Positions 62,921-64,000 of a stretch of 64,000 bases of DNA are shown here, piece after piece. The stretch is from the NCBI RefSeq assembly GCF_000143415.4, contig NW_003314261.1, forward strand, positions 372,001-436,000. The letters run 5' to 3'. Source of the stretch: Selaginella moellendorffii. Its lineage: Eukaryota; Plantae; Lycopodiophyta. Every line of letters begins with the position of its first letter. The stretch's first letter is position 1. Under the pieces are notes generated by a model that saw nothing but the letters and a program-made list of their open reading frames with translations, was not told the DNA's origin and searched no databases. The translations under genes were made by a program, and so were the position numbers.

Positions 62921-64000
62921 TGTGAGACACAAAATCCCTAGGCCCCAAAATGGAGCCGGAAGGGCGCCACGTGGTAGTGGCCGAAGCGAGAGCCAAACAA
63001 GCGTCGAAATGGAGTCCGAGATGGACCCGAGATGGAGTCCGAGATGGAGTCCGAGATGGACCCGAGATGGAGTCCGAGATGGAACCGGGACTGAGATCAA
63101 GTCCGAGACCGAATCCGAAGTCGGATCCGAAATCGGATCCGAGATCGAGCCAGAGACTAAGTCCAAATACTAATACGGGTCAAGGGGTGAAAGCCCAAAG
63201 CGTGCGTCTCCCAGGGGGGGTTCCAAAAGTATAGTAGGGAGAGTGTGGGGGTTGGAGCCCAGTGGAGCCAGTTTGGCCAGGAAGGGCCAGTTTGGCCCAG
63301 GAAAGGCCAGTTGGGCCCAGGAAGGCCAGACCCAGTGTTGGGTGATGAGCTGACCACTGGGAAGTCCAAGACTAGAGTGAATACGGACCGACAAGCGGGG
63401 TAGCTTGGTGAAGTGTTCAAGAGCCGGCTCTAGTTCCCCCGGGAGATCGACTGGCCGATGCTCCCAGTCCAAGTGTGGGTGGCACTACCTACTTGGATAC
63501 CAGGCGTGGCTCAACGGAACCTCGCTCTAAGCCCATGGCTAGAGCACCTAAGGGCAGAAGGCGAGGAGAGTACCCAGGTGGCTCGCGTAAGGCCACGGTG
63601 TTCCGAAATGTTGTCCCAAAGGCCCAGACTGTGGAAAGGAGGAGGAGCAGTCCTCTGGGGTAATGACCAAGGACACAGTCGTGTGGTGAGGAAGTCCCAG
63701 AGGACCGTGGGACTTAGTGGTCGGGCCTGTGGGTCTCGATCCAGTGGCAGTGTTGGCAAACACAGCCAGGGGCAGAAAGGGACTTAGTGGGGACTGACAG
63801 AGGGATATTGGGGAAGGCTATTCCCCTTGTCGGTGGGCATCCTAGGGATGCTAAGGAGTGGATCTGAGATGACCACTCACGGATGGTTTGCCTAGTCTTG
63901 GAGAGCCAAGACGGTGATGCAAGTGGTATTGGACTACCAGTGTGGCAAAGGTGATTGGGCATGGCCTTAGCGTAACGGGCTGCTATGTCGGGTGTACCTT
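62921..64000 (+). repeat. Right arm of the inverted repeat / long LTR-like sequence, runs off the window
   Basis: Starts TGTGAG right after the PPT; GGAGTCCGAGAT repeats; homologous to the left arm. Confidence 0.8.

Overview
Eukaryotic, gene-dense plant genomic DNA with very short (50-75 nt) introns and many PLS-type PPR genes. It is most consistent with a lycophyte such as Selaginella; this is an inference and was not verified. Left to right: a tandem array of STP sugar transporters rebuilt by microhomology duplication that carried along the 3' end of the neighbouring fibrillin gene; fibrillin; NUP43; an intronless divergent PLATZ gene; a NIGT1/HHO GARP factor with three upstream P1BS sites; three decayed Crinkler/RHS-like (NTPase, REase, kinase) loci; a GMC oxidoreductase pseudogene; an intact PPR-DYW gene plus relics; Rubisco LSMT; a U2 snRNA gene with covarying changes; CYP21-4-like cyclophilin; two PLS-E PPRs; a half-size UPL1/HUWE1-like HECT ligase; a LINE relic; CDC20; a decayed Ty3/gypsy element; and a terminal repeat complex. 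The most novel-looking items are (1) a tRNA-like A/B-box leader fused to an orphan box C/D snoRNA candidate, present in two copies, (2) a 5S-rRNA-bearing Cassandra-type LTR/PBS/PPT module at the centre of an inverted repeat with arms over 1 kb, and (3) the cluster of Crinkler-like relics. All assignments come from motif recognition by eye. No searches were run.
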